A stretch of 64,000 nt of DNA from Vulcanimicrobiota bacterium (GCA_003133745.1 PKZD01000074.1:3633-67632), one strand, 5' to 3'; positions 30,016 through 40,075 are shown, counted from the stretch's first letter. Program-made: numbers and translations. Notes: generated from the letters alone by a model not told the origin.

Positions 30016-32798
30016 CTTTTCTGCCCCGCTCGTAGTTGGCGAAGCATGTACTGCAGGATGCCGCCGTGGCGGAAGTACTCGGCTTCGTCGGGCGTGTCGA
30101 TGCGCACGCGCACGTCGAAGGAGCGCGAGATGCCGCTCTGCGAATCGGTTGCGGTCACGATCGCATTCATGCGCGGGCGTATGCCGCCTTCGATGCCCGT
30201 CACGTCGTAGAGTTCTTCGCCGGTCAATCCGTAGGCTTCGCGATTCGCGCCGTCCATGTACTCGAGCGGGAGCACCCCCATGCCGATGAGATTGCTGCGA
30301 TGGATGCGCTCGAACGATTCCGCGAGCACCGCTCTGATGCCGAGCAGATACGGTCCCTTCGCCGCCCAATCGCGTGACGAGCCGGAGCCGTACTCTTTGC
30401 CCGCCAAGACGACGAGCGGCGTACCGTCCGCGCGGTACTTCATCGCGGCGTCGTAGATCGACATCTGTTCGCCGTCGCGGAGGTAGCGCGTGACGCCGCC
30501 CTCGACGCCGGGAACGAGCAGATTGCGCAGCCGCACGTTCGCAAACGTGCCGCGCACCATCACCTCGTGGTTTCCGCGGCGCGCTCCGTATGAGTTGAAA
30601 TCCTTCGGTTCGATGCCGCGTTCCATCAGGTAGCGCGCGGCAGGGCTGCTACGCGCAATATTGCCCGCTGGTGAGATGTGATCGGTCGTTACCGAATCGC
30701 CGACCATGACGAGGACGCGTGCATTCTTCACGTCGGTCGGAGCGGGCGGCTCGGCAGGCATGCCGTCGAAGTACGGCGGCCGCTTCACGTACTCGGATTT
30801 CGGATCCCACGCGTAACGCTCGCTCGCCGGAACGTGCAGTTGCGCCCAGTTCTCGTCGCCCTTGAAGACGTCGGCATACCGCGTCTTGAACATCGCAACG
30901 GTGATGCTTGCGGCGACCGTCCGGGCGATTTCGTCGTTGCTCGGCCAAATGTCGCGCAGGTAAACCGGCCCATCCGTGCCGACGCCGAGCGGCTCGGTCG
31001 TGAGATCGACGTCCATGCGTCCGGCGAGCGCGTACGCGACGACGAGCGGCGGCGACGCGAGATAGTTCGCACGCACTTGAGGGTGAATGCGTCCTTCAAA
31101 GTTCCTATTTCCCGAAAGAACGGCGGCGACGACGAGATCGCGCTCCTCGACCTTCTCCGCGACCTCCGTCGGAAGCGGGCCCGAGTTGCCGATGCACGTC
31201 GTGCAGCCGTAACCGACGAGATCGAATCCGAGCGCGTCCAAATACTGCTGCAGTCCGGCTTTCGCAAGATAGTCGGTCACGACTTGGGATCCGGGTGCGA
31301 GCGAGGTCTTCACCCAAGGCCGCGAGCGCAGGCCGCGCTCGACCGCATTGCGCGCGAGCAGTCCCGCGCCGATGAGGACCGAGGGATTCGAGGTGTTCGT
31401 GCAGCTCGTGATCGCGGCGATGACGACGGCGCCGTCCGAGACGTCCTTTGCGGCCTCAGCGGCGACGCGCTGTCCGACGCCTTCGGCTTCGATCTCACCG
31501 ATCGTGCCGGTCTGGCCGCCGCCCTCCCCTTCGAATCTGCCGATCGCAGCGCCGTTGCCGTTGCGCGCACCGACCCATTCACGCATCGCCAGGGCAAACG
31601 ACGCCTTCACCTCGTGCAACGGAACGCGATCCTGCGGGCGGCGAGGCCCGGCAATGTTCGGCTCGACGCTTGCGAGGTCGAGATTGAGAACGTCGTCGTA
31701 TTCGGCATCCGGCGTTGCATCGGTGCGGAAGAGTCCCTGCACCTTCGCATACGCTTCGACGAGCGCCACCTGCTCGGGCGGGCGTCCGGTGAAGCGCAAG
31801 TATTCGAGCGTGCGGTCGTCGATCGGAAACATCGAAACGGTGCAGCCGAACTCCGGCGACATGTTGCCGATCGTCACGCGATCGGCGACCGGCATCGAAC
31901 TCAAGCCTTTGCCGAAAAACTCGACGAAGGCGCCAACGACGCCGCGCTTGCGCAGCATCTGCGTCACCGTGAGCACGAGATCGGTTGCGGTGACGCCTTC
32001 GCGCAACGCACCCTCGATCCGCACGCCGATCACTTGCGGGATCAGCATCGTCACCGGCTGTCCCAGCATCGCCGCCTCCGCTTCGATGCCACCGACGCCC
32101 CACGCGAGCACGCCGAGCCCGTCAACCATCGTCGTGTGCGAATCGGTCCCGACGAGCGTGTCGGGAAACGCGACCGCGTTCGCTGAATCGAAGGCGACGC
32201 CGGCACCGCCCGCGCCGAAGACGACGCGTGCGAGGTACTCGATGTTCACCTGGTGCACGATCCCCGTATCCGGCGGAACGGCACGGAACCCGGAAAGCGC
32301 CGACTGTCCCCATTTCAGGAAGGCGTAGCGCTCGCGATTGCGCTCGAACTCGAGCGCGGCGTTCTTCTGGAAGGCGTCGGCGCCACGGAAGTAATCGACT
32401 TGCACCGAATGATCGATGACGAGTTCGACAGGCTGCAGCGGGTTGATCCGCTTCGGATCTCCGCCCATCTGCGCGATCGCATCGCGCATTGCCGCGAGAT
32501 CGACGACGCACGGAACGCCGGTGAAGTCCTGAAGCAGCACGCGCGCGGGGCGAAACGCGATCTCGCGCTCTTCACGCTTGCGCGACCAGCGTGCCAACGC
32601 TTCGATGTCTTCGCGTTTGACCGTGCGGCCGTCTTCGAATCGCAGTAAGTTCTCGAGCAGGATCTTCACGGCGTACGGAAGCCGCGAGAGCTGCGTCAGG
32701 CCCGCATCTTCCAGCGCGGCGAGCCGATAATACGCATACGAGCGGTCGCCGACGCGCAGCGTGTCGACGGCATCGAAGCTCCGGTGATACTCGGTCAT
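30012..32798 (-). CDS. acnA: Aconitate hydratase A
   Basis: [25 protein letters not shown].., [16 protein letters not shown] and [10 protein letters not shown]. The real start is at 32798. The 210-aa Arg-rich track extension overlaps rnd. Confidence 0.95.
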   Translation of the reverse strand: MTEYHRSFDAVDTLRVGDRSYAYYRLAALEDAGLTQLSRLPYAVKILLENLLRFEDGRTVKREDIEALARWSRKREEREIAFRPARVLLQDFTGVPCVVDLAAMRDAIAQMGGDPKRINPLQPVELVIDHSVQVDYFRGADAFQKNAALEFERNRERYAFLKWGQSALSGFRAVPPDTGIVHQVNIEYLARVVFGAGGAGVAFDSANAVAFPDTLVGTDSHTTMVDGLGVLAWGVGGIEAEAAMLGQPVTMLIPQVIGVRIEGALREGVTATDLVLTVTQMLRKRGVVGAFVEFFGKGLSSMPVADRVTIGNMSPEFGCTVSMFPIDDRTLEYLRFTGRPPEQVALVEAYAKVQGLFRTDATPDAEYDDVLNLDLASVEPNIAGPRRPQDRVPLHEVKASFALAMREWVGARNGNGAAIGRFEGEGGGQTGTIGEIEAEGVGQRVAAEAAKDVSDGAVVIAAITSCTNTSNPSVLIGAGLLARNAVERGLRSRPWVKTSLAPGSQVVTDYLAKAGLQQYLDALGFDLVGYGCTTCIGNSGPLPTEVAEKVEERDLVVAAVLSGNRNFEGRIHPQVRANYLASPPLVVAYALAGRMDVDLTTEPLGVGTDGPVYLRDIWPSNDEIARTVAASITVAMFKTRYADVFKGDENWAQLHVPASERYAWDPKSEYVKRPPYFDGMPAEPPAPTDVKNARVLVMVGDSVTTDHISPAGNIARSSPAARYLMERGIEPKDFNSYGARRGNHEVMVRGTFANVRLRNLLVPGVEGGVTRYLRDGEQMSIYDAAMKYRADGTPLVVLAGKEYGSGSSRDWAAKGPYLLGIRAVLAESFERIHRSNLIGMGVLPLEYMDGANREAYGLTGEELYDVTGIEGGIRPRMNAIVTATDSQSGISRSFDVRVRIDTPDEAEYFRHGGILQYMLRQLRAGQKS

Positions 32799-33970
32799 GG
32801 TTGTAGGCGTATGTTCGGGTCGCCTTGCGCGTAGCCCTCGACGCCGAGCGATGCTTCGCCCCGCAAGAGACGCTGCAGCGGCTCGGCGACCAGCTCGAGT
32901 CGCCAGGGCGAAAGCTCCATCGCCTCGGCAAATGCCTTCGGATCGCTCGGAAGCTCGCGTGAGATGCGCTCCAGCGCTGCGCGCGGAACGAGGAGGCTTG
33001 GCGCGAGATCGTGTGCGCGTGCGATTTCGCCGACGACGATGCTCATGAGCGAGACGAGCGTGTCGCGTGCCATCCCGAGTGGGCGCTTCGGTCGCTCCGG
33101 CAATGCATCTTCCTCGAGTGCTTCCGCCTCTGCGACCGCTTCGACGATCGCGGCGCCGAGTTGGCGGCGCGCTCCGGCATCGAGGCGCCGCAACTGCACG
33201 AGCTCGTCCTCGTGCTTCGGGCGCATCGTCGCGAGCCCCGCAACGACGTCGTCGGGCAGAATGTATCGCGGCGGAACGTCGCGCCGGCGCGCGTATTGAT
33301 CGCGCAACCGCACGAGGGCGCGAAGCGCTCCGAGTTCTCGGCGGTTCATGCGCGTCGCACCGGGAATTCGCAGGTACGCGCGCCGCTCGTCGATACGGTA
33401 CCGCTCGATGTCGCCGAGCGCCGCGCACTCCTCACGCACCCACTCGAGGCGGCCTGCGGCCGCCAGGCGCTCGAGCAACGCTTCCTGCATCGGCAGCAGG
33501 TGCGCAACGTCATCGACGAGATACTCGATTTGGCGCGGCGAGAGGGGGCGCGTTCCCCAATCGCTGACGGTCTGCGATTTTGCCAGCCGCACGCCGCGCA
33601 GATCGTGCACGAGATCCGCAAGCGATATCTGCACGCCGTAACCAAGAAACGCGGCCGCCACCTGTGTATCGAAGACGCGATGCGGAACGACGTCGAACCG
33701 ATCGGCGAGAATCTTCAGGTCGGATGAAAGCGCGTGCCCGACGACTTCGGTCTGCGTCAGTGCTTGCGCAAGCGGGTCGAGATCCGCGATGGCGAGCGGA
33801 TCGACGATTGCGACGCCGTCTTCAAACGCGAGTTGCACGACCATGAGCCGCGGCGAGTACGTCCGTTCGGCATGGAACTCCGTGTCGATCGCAACGCGCG
33901 TTGCGGTTCGCACGCGCGTGCAGAGTGGAGCGAGCGCGTCCGCGCTCGCGATCATCGATACGGCGGCCAT
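32795..33970 (-). CDS. rnd: Ribonuclease D
   Basis: DEDD exonuclease motifs ([31 protein letters not shown]), with an HRDC-like C-terminal part. Its stop overlaps the acnA start (ATGA). Confidence 0.85.
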   Translation of the reverse strand: MAAVSMIASADALAPLCTRVRTATRVAIDTEFHAERTYSPRLMVVQLAFEDGVAIVDPLAIADLDPLAQALTQTEVVGHALSSDLKILADRFDVVPHRVFDTQVAAAFLGYGVQISLADLVHDLRGVRLAKSQTVSDWGTRPLSPRQIEYLVDDVAHLLPMQEALLERLAAAGRLEWVREECAALGDIERYRIDERRAYLRIPGATRMNRRELGALRALVRLRDQYARRRDVPPRYILPDDVVAGLATMRPKHEDELVQLRRLDAGARRQLGAAIVEAVAEAEALEEDALPERPKRPLGMARDTLVSLMSIVVGEIARAHDLAPSLLVPRAALERISRELPSDPKAFAEAMELSPWRLELVAEPLQRLLRGEASLGVEGYAQGDPNIRLQP

Positions 33971-34596
33971 GGCTCGTCAACCGCGCGGTAGTGCCGGCGG
34001 AAATGGAATCGATGACTCTCAATGTAGATGCGCGCGCGCGCCTCGTAACGATGCACGTACATCGTCACTTGGTTTCCGAAGACGGCAAGAATCGTGCAGA
34101 CCGGAATGGCGACGACGCACATCGTCCAAACGTGAACCCAAATCGGGATGCGAAATGTCGCGGCGGTTGCGGTCGCAACGGTGCCGCCGAAGCCCGGGAT
34201 GATCCGCACCGCGATGAGGAAGGCCGGCGACCCGACCGGAAAGCGTTTCACCCAGCCGGGAAGACGCTCGAGATACTTGTCGAGATCCAGCAACTTCGAG
34301 GCGTGGCGGTTGATCCAGTATCCGAGCAGCGCCGCCAGGACGAGGCCGACGGCGTTGATGAGCGAGCCCTGGAGCGGCCCGAAGATCGCGCCGTTCATGA
34401 CGGCGAGCGCGTCGGTCACGGAGAACGGCGCCGAGGCCACGAGCGCGAAGACTCCGATGGCGAGCGGATAGGTCCACGGGTAGTAGGAGCGCAGCATGTG
34501 CTCGACGTGGGGCTGGTAGCGTATGACGAGGACCGCCAGGGCGAAGCTGGCTGCGAGAATCGCGATGGCGGTGAGCCGCCGGAGGAAGGAGTTCAA
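33952..34596 (-). CDS. DedA/TVP38-TMEM64 (SNARE-associated) family membrane protein
   Basis: Multi-TM protein with ..VMNGAIFGPLQGSLINAVG.. and ..LIAVRIIPGFGGT.. TTG start at 34596. Confidence 0.7.
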   Translation of the reverse strand: MNSFLRRLTAIAILAASFALAVLVIRYQPHVEHMLRSYYPWTYPLAIGVFALVASAPFSVTDALAVMNGAIFGPLQGSLINAVGLVLAALLGYWINRHASKLLDLDKYLERLPGWVKRFPVGSPAFLIAVRIIPGFGGTVATATAATFRIPIWVHVWTMCVVAIPVCTILAVFGNQVTMYVHRYEARARIYIESHRFHFRRHYRAVDEPWPPYR

Positions 34597-34602
34597 AAAC
34601 GG

Positions 34603-34995
34603 ATGGTCGTCGAGTCGGTGATCACGGTGCTGTGCGGAGTTGGTCTCTACGCATCGCTTTTCATGCTAGGGAAAGCCCGCCGGGCCGCGCGGGGGGAGCT
34701 TCGCGAGCCCAGCGTGCTCCAGACGCCGCGCGCGCACCTCTTCGGCGGCCTCTCCAACGCCCTGCTCGGCGCCTGCTACTATCCGGCGCTCGCGATCGTG
34801 ACCTGGCTCTCGCTGGGGCGCGCGTTCGCGCTCTTCGTCTTCGCGATCGTGCTCGTCGCCGCGGCGGTCTCCGTCGTGCTCGGCTATTCATTGCTCTTCG
34901 TCACGCGGCGCCCGTGCGCGTACTGCTGGACGTCGCACGCGATCAACGCGCTGCTCGTCATCCTCTTCGCGTTACATCTGCGTCCATCGCTTTGA
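34603..34995 (+). CDS. Minimal VKOR-family (vitamin K epoxide reductase-like) 4-TM protein
   Basis: LFGGLSNALLGACYY and the redox motif CAYCWTSHAINAL in the last TM. GGAGGAAGGAG lies upstream of the ATG at 34603. Only the last 130 aa of track ORF 33901-34995 are credible. Confidence 0.6.
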   Translation: MVVESVITVLCGVGLYASLFMLGKARRAARGELREPSVLQTPRAHLFGGLSNALLGACYYPALAIVTWLSLGRAFALFVFAIVLVAAAVSVVLGYSLLFVTRRPCAYCWTSHAINALLVILFALHLRPSL

Positions 34996-35416
34996 GGGAA
35001 TCGATCATCGCGCGCTCCGCGGCATCGTCCGCCGGCGCGGCGGCGAACCATGCGTCGAGCATCTCGCCGGCGATTGCCGGCGTTACCGAGCGAATCGAGA
35101 GCGCGAGGACGTTGGCGTCGTTCCATCGGCGCGCGCCGCGCGCAGTCTCGGCATCGTTGCAGAGCGCCGCGCGATCGCCGCGCACTTTGTTCGCGGCGAT
35201 CGAGACGCCGGTGCCGGTCCAACAGCACAGGATGCCTTGCACGCAATCGCCGCACGCCACCGCCTCGCCGACCGCGCGCCCCACGCTCGGCCACGAGTCG
35301 TCCGCTTTGGGGTCGAGCGCCCCAAAGAGGACCGGTTCCGCCCCGCGCTCGCGCAGTTGACGGGCGAGCGCGTCGGTCAACTCGCAGGAGAGGTCGCTTC
35401 CCAAGGCGATGCGCAT
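34958..35416 (-). CDS. rpiB: Ribose-5-phosphate isomerase B (RpiB/LacAB family)
   Basis: MRIALGSD..GILCCWTGTGVSIAANK..ARRWNDANVLAL. Confidence 0.9.
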   Translation of the reverse strand: MRIALGSDLSCELTDALARQLRERGAEPVLFGALDPKADDSWPSVGRAVGEAVACGDCVQGILCCWTGTGVSIAANKVRGDRAALCNDAETARGARRWNDANVLALSIRSVTPAIAGEMLDAWFAAAPADDAAERAMIDSLKAMDADVTRRG

Positions 35417-35419
35417 GGG

Positions 35420-36142
35420 ATGGAGGTTCGACCGGCGGCGACCGTTATGCTCGTGCGGCCGGCCGCCGCGGGCATCGAGGTCTTCATGCTGCGCCGCAGC
35501 CGGGAGAGCGCCTTCGCTCCGGACGCCTACGTCTTTCCGGGTGGAACGCTCGAGACGCAGGACCTCGACGAACGCACCGCCGTCGTCGGTCTCGATGCCG
35601 CACGATGCGGGGCGGGCCTCGTGATCGCGGCCCTGCGCGAGTTGTTCGAGGAATGCGGCGTGCTCTTCGCATGTAGACCGGATCGCACGTCGATCATCGA
35701 GTGGGACGCGCGTGACCCCGACCGCGAGCGTCTGCGGAGCGGCAAGGTGAGCTTCGCGCGGCTGCTCGACGAACGCGGATGGCTCGCCGACGCGCGGCCG
35801 CTGCACCTCTTTTCACATTGGATCACGCCGGCGAGCGAGTCACGCCGCTACGACGTGCACTTCTTCGTCGCCGCGATGCCGTCGGGGCAGAAACCGGTCG
35901 CCGACGCCGCGGAGACGCACGACGGCATCTGGATTGCGCCGGCCGATGCGCTCACGCGCGCCGCGAACGGAGAGCTGTTCGTCCTCTACCCGACGCGCAA
36001 ACATCTCGAACGCTTGAGCGCTTTCGATCGCGTCGAGGCGCTGCTCAAATTCGCGCGCGCGAAACCGATCATCACGATTCTTCCGACGGGAACGCAGGAG
36101 GACGGTTTCGTCCTTCCGCCCGAACTCGAAGACGCGTGGTGA
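35420..36142 (+). CDS. NUDIX hydrolase
   Basis: Nudix box GGTLETQD..AALRELFEECGV. The start is at 35420 or 35447. Confidence 0.8.
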   Translation: MEVRPAATVMLVRPAAAGIEVFMLRRSRESAFAPDAYVFPGGTLETQDLDERTAVVGLDAARCGAGLVIAALRELFEECGVLFACRPDRTSIIEWDARDPDRERLRSGKVSFARLLDERGWLADARPLHLFSHWITPASESRRYDVHFFVAAMPSGQKPVADAAETHDGIWIAPADALTRAANGELFVLYPTRKHLERLSAFDRVEALLKFARAKPIITILPTGTQEDGFVLPPELEDAW

Positions 36143-37065
36143 ACGACGAACTGATTGCGCTCGTGCGCGCCCCCAATCCGTCGGCGATGACGCTCTCGGG
36201 AACGAACTCGTATCTCATCGACTGCGGCGAAGGTCACGCGCTCGTCATCGATCCGGGTCCGGCGATCGAGAGCCACGTCGCGGCGCTGCTCGACGCGGCC
36301 GCAGAGCGATCGTTGCGCATCGCGGCGATCGCGCTGACGCACGGCCATCCCGACCACACGCCCGCGGCCGTGCCGCTCGCGCGAAAGACGGGTGCGCTCG
36401 TGTACGCGCATCCAGACTCCTCGATACCGCACGATCGCGACCTCGAACTCGAAGGCGAACTCCGAATCGGAACGCGCACGTTTCGCGTCATCGACGCACC
36501 GGGCCACACCTTCGACCACGTCGTCTTCTACGAACCGCAGGCGCAGACGCTCTTCACCGGCGACACGATCCTCGGCGAAGGGACCGTCGTCATCGCGCCG
36601 CCCGGCGGTGCGATGCGGCCGTATCAGCGGACGCTCGAGCGCCTCGCGCGCGAGTTTACGCAGGCGCGCACGATTCGCGGCGGCCACGGTCCGCTCGTGC
36701 AAGACGCGCAGACGAAGATCGCCGAATACATCGCGCATCGCAAGGAACGGGAAGCGCAGTTGATTGCCACGCTCGCGGATGCTCCGCGGACGATTCCCGA
36801 ACTCGTCGCGCGCATGTACGGCGATACGCGTAAGACGCTCTGGCCCGCCGCGGCGCGCCAGTTGCTCGCCTATCTCGACGCGCTGCGCGAAGAGGGGCGC
36901 ATCGAGGCAACGCCGCTCGATCGCGCGTTGACGCCTGAGGAGTCGGCGCTGCTGAATCCTGCGTGGGCATCGCTCGTCGATCCCGAGTTAGCGAAGGTCA
37001 TCGAAGCCGAACTCGGCGCGTCGTACCGGATCGAGCGGATCGAGGCCTATCGGCTCGTGCAATAG
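36136..37065 (+). CDS. MBL-fold metallo-hydrolase
   Basis: THGHPDH motif and IDAPGHT. GTG at 36136/36139 overlaps the Nudix stop (GTGA). Confidence 0.85.
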   Translation: MVNDELIALVRAPNPSAMTLSGTNSYLIDCGEGHALVIDPGPAIESHVAALLDAAAERSLRIAAIALTHGHPDHTPAAVPLARKTGALVYAHPDSSIPHDRDLELEGELRIGTRTFRVIDAPGHTFDHVVFYEPQAQTLFTGDTILGEGTVVIAPPGGAMRPYQRTLERLAREFTQARTIRGGHGPLVQDAQTKIAEYIAHRKEREAQLIATLADAPRTIPELVARMYGDTRKTLWPAAARQLLAYLDALREEGRIEATPLDRALTPEESALLNPAWASLVDPELAKVIEAELGASYRIERIEAYRLVQ

Positions 37066-37274
37066 GCAAAGATGTCGGCCAAGTCGAGCGTCAGACCGGG
37101 AGCGGCCGCGGACGGCATCGTGCCCTCACGAAGCGTCTCGATCTCGGCGTAACCGCCGCCGCGAGGCTGCGAGCAGCGCTCGATCGTGTGCGCTTTCGCG
37201 TCGACGATCCAGTATTCGGGAACTTCGTACCGCGCGTAGAGCGCGCGTTTCTTGCCGAGATCGACGTGCCGATT
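37047..37274 (-). pseudogene. Uma2-family (DUF820) endonuclease C-terminal remnant
   Basis: Hand translation gives ..DLGKKRALYARYEVPEYWIVDAKAHTIERC.. with no start codon. An in-frame TGA lies just upstream, and the upstream EI..S-like segment is in another frame. Confidence 0.5.
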
Positions 37275-37318
37275 TCACGCGCTTTCGTCGAACAGAAAGG
37301 GGGTGTCGCGAAAATCTC

Positions 37319-38317
37319 TCAGTCGATCCGCAAGACGATCTTGCCGAACTGCTGCGCCTCTTCCAGACGCCGCATTGCGGCCGCGACGTCATCCATCGCG
37401 AAGACCTTATCGATCGCCGGCTTTAGTCCATCGTTTGAGAACAGCTCGAGCATCGCGCGAAAATCTTGCGGACTTCCCATCGAGGTTCCCGCGATCGTGA
37501 GATGGTTCCAGAAGAGCGGAAAGAGTTTGATCGTCGCTTCCGGATGCGTGCCGCCGTACACGACGACGCGGCCGCCGGGGCGGAGAATCCCGAGCACTTT
37601 CCCGAGCGTTTCGCCGCCGGAGGAGTCGATCGCGAGATCGATCGGTCCCGCCGCCCGCGCCTCCTTCTGCCAGTCCGGGTTCGCATAGTTCAGCGTAAGA
37701 TCGGCGCCCAGCATTCGCGCCCGCTCGAGCTTCGCGTTGCTGCTCGAGGTCACGATCGCGCGCGCACCCGCACGCTTGGCGAAGAGCAGCGCGAACGTCT
37801 GCACGCCGCCGCCGATTCCGGGAATGAGCACGGTTTCACCCGCACGAATTTTTCCGCGCGTGTGGAGCGCGCGGTACGCGGTGAGCCCGGCAAGTGGAAT
37901 TGCCGCGGCCTCTTCCATGGAGAGCGCCGCCGGCTTCGGATGAACGTTCTCGCTGGGCACGACGAGATATTGGGCGAACGTGCCGGCGCGCGGCATTCCA
38001 AGAATCGACGCATCCGGCTGCCATCGATCCGGATCGTCGCCCCATCCGAGCATCGGATCGATGACGATCTCCGAACCGGTACGCAGGTCCTCGACGCCTG
38101 TGCCGAGCGCCGCGATCTCGCCCGCTCCGTCGGAGCCGAGGATTGCCGGCAGCGCGACCTTCGGATAGAGACCGCGCGTGATGAAGACGTCGCGGTGGTT
38201 TAGCGCGGCGGCGCGAACGCGAACGAGCACCTCTCCCGGCGCGGGCTGCGGCGTCTCCACCTCCTCGACGACGAGCATCTCCGGACCGCCCAGTTCGCGG
38301 AGCCGTACGGCGCGCAT
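37319..38317 (-). CDS. Zn-type/MDR quinone oxidoreductase (NADPH-dependent)
   Basis: MRAVRLRELGGPEMLVVEEVETPQPAPGEVLVRV..LNHRD.. and the nucleotide motif IPGIGGGVQ. Confidence 0.85.
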   Translation of the reverse strand: MRAVRLRELGGPEMLVVEEVETPQPAPGEVLVRVRAAALNHRDVFITRGLYPKVALPAILGSDGAGEIAALGTGVEDLRTGSEIVIDPMLGWGDDPDRWQPDASILGMPRAGTFAQYLVVPSENVHPKPAALSMEEAAAIPLAGLTAYRALHTRGKIRAGETVLIPGIGGGVQTFALLFAKRAGARAIVTSSSNAKLERARMLGADLTLNYANPDWQKEARAAGPIDLAIDSSGGETLGKVLGILRPGGRVVVYGGTHPEATIKLFPLFWNHLTIAGTSMGSPQDFRAMLELFSNDGLKPAIDKVFAMDDVAAAMRRLEEAQQFGKIVLRID

Positions 38318-38382
38318 GGTAGGGCCGTACGACGCGCACCGAGCCAGGCCTTCGCACGCACCTCGCCGTAAAGAGCCTGCCC

Positions 38383-38637
38383 ATGAATAAACGCGGTCGC
38401 GCCATCCGGGCGTTCTTTCGAGGAATCGCGCGCGTGCAAGCAACCTTCGAGATTCAAATCGGACCGATACACGCACGCGGCGTTCCGGCGATCCTCATCG
38501 GCGTGACCGGCATCGTCGTTGCCTCCGGCGTCACCGTGATGCTCGCGAAGACCGCCGAGCGCCTTCCGGAGACGCTTCGCGAGGCACGTGGGTTGACGGA
38601 TTCAATTCGCGGCCATCGTCCGCCGCTCAACCCATGA
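38383..38637 (+). CDS. Hypothetical small membrane protein upstream of bolA
   Basis: One TM (VPAILIGVTGIVVASGVTVML). ATGA overlap with bolA. The N-terminal part has weak codon bias, so the start is uncertain. Confidence 0.4.
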   Translation: MNKRGRAIRAFFRGIARVQATFEIQIGPIHARGVPAILIGVTGIVVASGVTVMLAKTAERLPETLREARGLTDSIRGHRPPLNP

Positions 38638-38870
38638 TCGACAACGAATCGCTGGCCGCGCTCATTCGCACGGATATCCCCGACGCCGAGGTCGATATCG
38701 TCGACCGCACCGGTGGAATGGATCACTTCAACGTGACGGTGCGATCGCAGGCATTCAAGGGAAAGACATTGATACAACAACATCAACTCGTCTACGGCGC
38801 GCTCCAGCGCGCTCTGCGCGATGGGCGCGTGCACGCCGTCGAGTTGAAGACCGTCGTCGCGGAGGGATGA
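38634..38870 (+). CDS. BolA-family protein
   Basis: 78 aa. DRTGGMDHFNVTVRSQAFKGKTLIQQHQLVY..HA is typical of BolA. Confidence 0.85.
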   Translation: MIDNESLAALIRTDIPDAEVDIVDRTGGMDHFNVTVRSQAFKGKTLIQQHQLVYGALQRALRDGRVHAVELKTVVAEG

Positions 38871-39226
38871 TGTCGCAGGAACTTCAGGAAGAGATCGAGC
38901 GCGAAATCGGCGCGAACAAGATTCTGGTCTACGGGAAGGGCACGAGGGAGGCGCCGCGCTGCGGCTTCACGCTCGAGACGATCGAGTTCTTCAATCGGTT
39001 CGGCTATCCGTTCGAGGTCGTCGACGTGCTGGAGAACATGCCCAAGCGTGAAGCGCTCGCGGAGTTGACGAACTGGCCGACATTGCCCAAGGTCTTCATC
39101 GGCGGCGAGTTTTACGGTGACACCGACGTTCTCGGGCCGATGGCGCAGAGCGGCGAGTTGCAGACGCTGCTGGAGCGCGCATGCGGCGCGCCCGCTGCCC
39201 CGAAGACGACGATCAATTTGAGATAA
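38867..39226 (+). CDS. grxD: Monothiol glutaredoxin (Grx4/GrxD family), active site CGFT
   Basis: ILVYGKGTREAPRCGFT..WPTLPKVFIGGEFYGDTD. ATGA overlap with bolA. Confidence 0.85.
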   Translation: MMSQELQEEIEREIGANKILVYGKGTREAPRCGFTLETIEFFNRFGYPFEVVDVLENMPKREALAELTNWPTLPKVFIGGEFYGDTDVLGPMAQSGELQTLLERACGAPAAPKTTINLR

Positions 39227-39229
39227 AGA

Positions 39230-40075
39230 TTGTACCGCACGATCGTCGCTCCCGAGATATTGCGAGAGCATCTCGAGGATCCGCGCTGGGTCGTCGTGGA
39301 CTGCCGCCACTCGCTCCAAGACTTCACCGTGGGACGGAAGGCGTATGAAGCCGGGCACATTCCCGGCGCATTCTTCGCCGACGTCGAGCGCGATCTCGCC
39401 GGCGAGAGAACCGGAAGCAACGGCCGCCATCCTCTTCCCGATCCCCAAGACTTCGCCGATTTTCTGCGTTCGTTCAGCGTCACCGACGAGAGCCAGATCG
39501 TCGCATACGACGAGGGCGCGGACATGTTTGCGGCGCGCCTCTGGTTTCTCTGCCGCTGGATCGGCCACGAAGCGGTTGCCGTGCTCGACGGCGGCATCGC
39601 CGCATGGCGCGCGCTCGGGTATCCCGTCGAAACCCGTCATCCTGTCGAAGCACGAGGGAACGACGGCAGATTGACGGTTCGGCTCAATCCGGAGATGCTC
39701 GTCGACGTGAACGGCGTGCTCGCGAACTTAGAATCACCGGCGATGCAAGTACTCGACGCGCGCGCCGCGGACCGATTTCGCGGCGAGACGGAACCGATCG
39801 ATCCGGTCGCCGGGCATATTCCCGGCGCGCGAAATCACTGGTTCAAAGAAAACTTCGACGAGCGCGGGCGCTTGAAGCCGTCACAGGAGTTGCGCGAAGC
39901 GTACGCGGCCTACGGAGAGCCGGCGCACATCGTCCATCAGTGCGGCTCCGGGATATCCTCGGCGGTCAATGCGCTTGCGATGGAGCACGCGGGCCTGCGC
40001 GGATCGCGGCTCTACGCGGGATCCTGGAGCGAGTGGTGTGCCGACCCCTCGCGGCCCGTCGAAACCGGAGGCTAG
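39230..40075 (+). CDS. Tandem-rhodanese sulfurtransferase (3-mercaptopyruvate/thiosulfate type)
   Basis: GHIPGA (twice), active-site loop CGSGISS and YAGSWSEW. TTG start. Confidence 0.85.
   Translation: MYRTIVAPEILREHLEDPRWVVVDCRHSLQDFTVGRKAYEAGHIPGAFFADVERDLAGERTGSNGRHPLPDPQDFADFLRSFSVTDESQIVAYDEGADMFAARLWFLCRWIGHEAVAVLDGGIAAWRALGYPVETRHPVEARGNDGRLTVRLNPEMLVDVNGVLANLESPAMQVLDARAADRFRGETEPIDPVAGHIPGARNHWFKENFDERGRLKPSQELREAYAAYGEPAHIVHQCGSGISSAVNALAMEHAGLRGSRLYAGSWSEWCADPSRPVETGG

Noticed and set aside
32799-33428. The 210-aa N-terminal extension of the aconitase ORF (track start 33428).
   Set aside because: The extension is Arg-rich and lies entirely inside the RNase D coding frame. AcnA homology begins at MTEYHRSFD (32798), which forms an ATGA overlap with the rnd stop.
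33901-34602. The first 234 codons of track ORF 33901-34995 (+).
   Set aside because: This part is antisense to the DedA gene and is Arg/Asp-rich. Only the portion from the ATG at 34603, preceded by GGAGGAAGGAG, looks like a real VKOR-like membrane protein.
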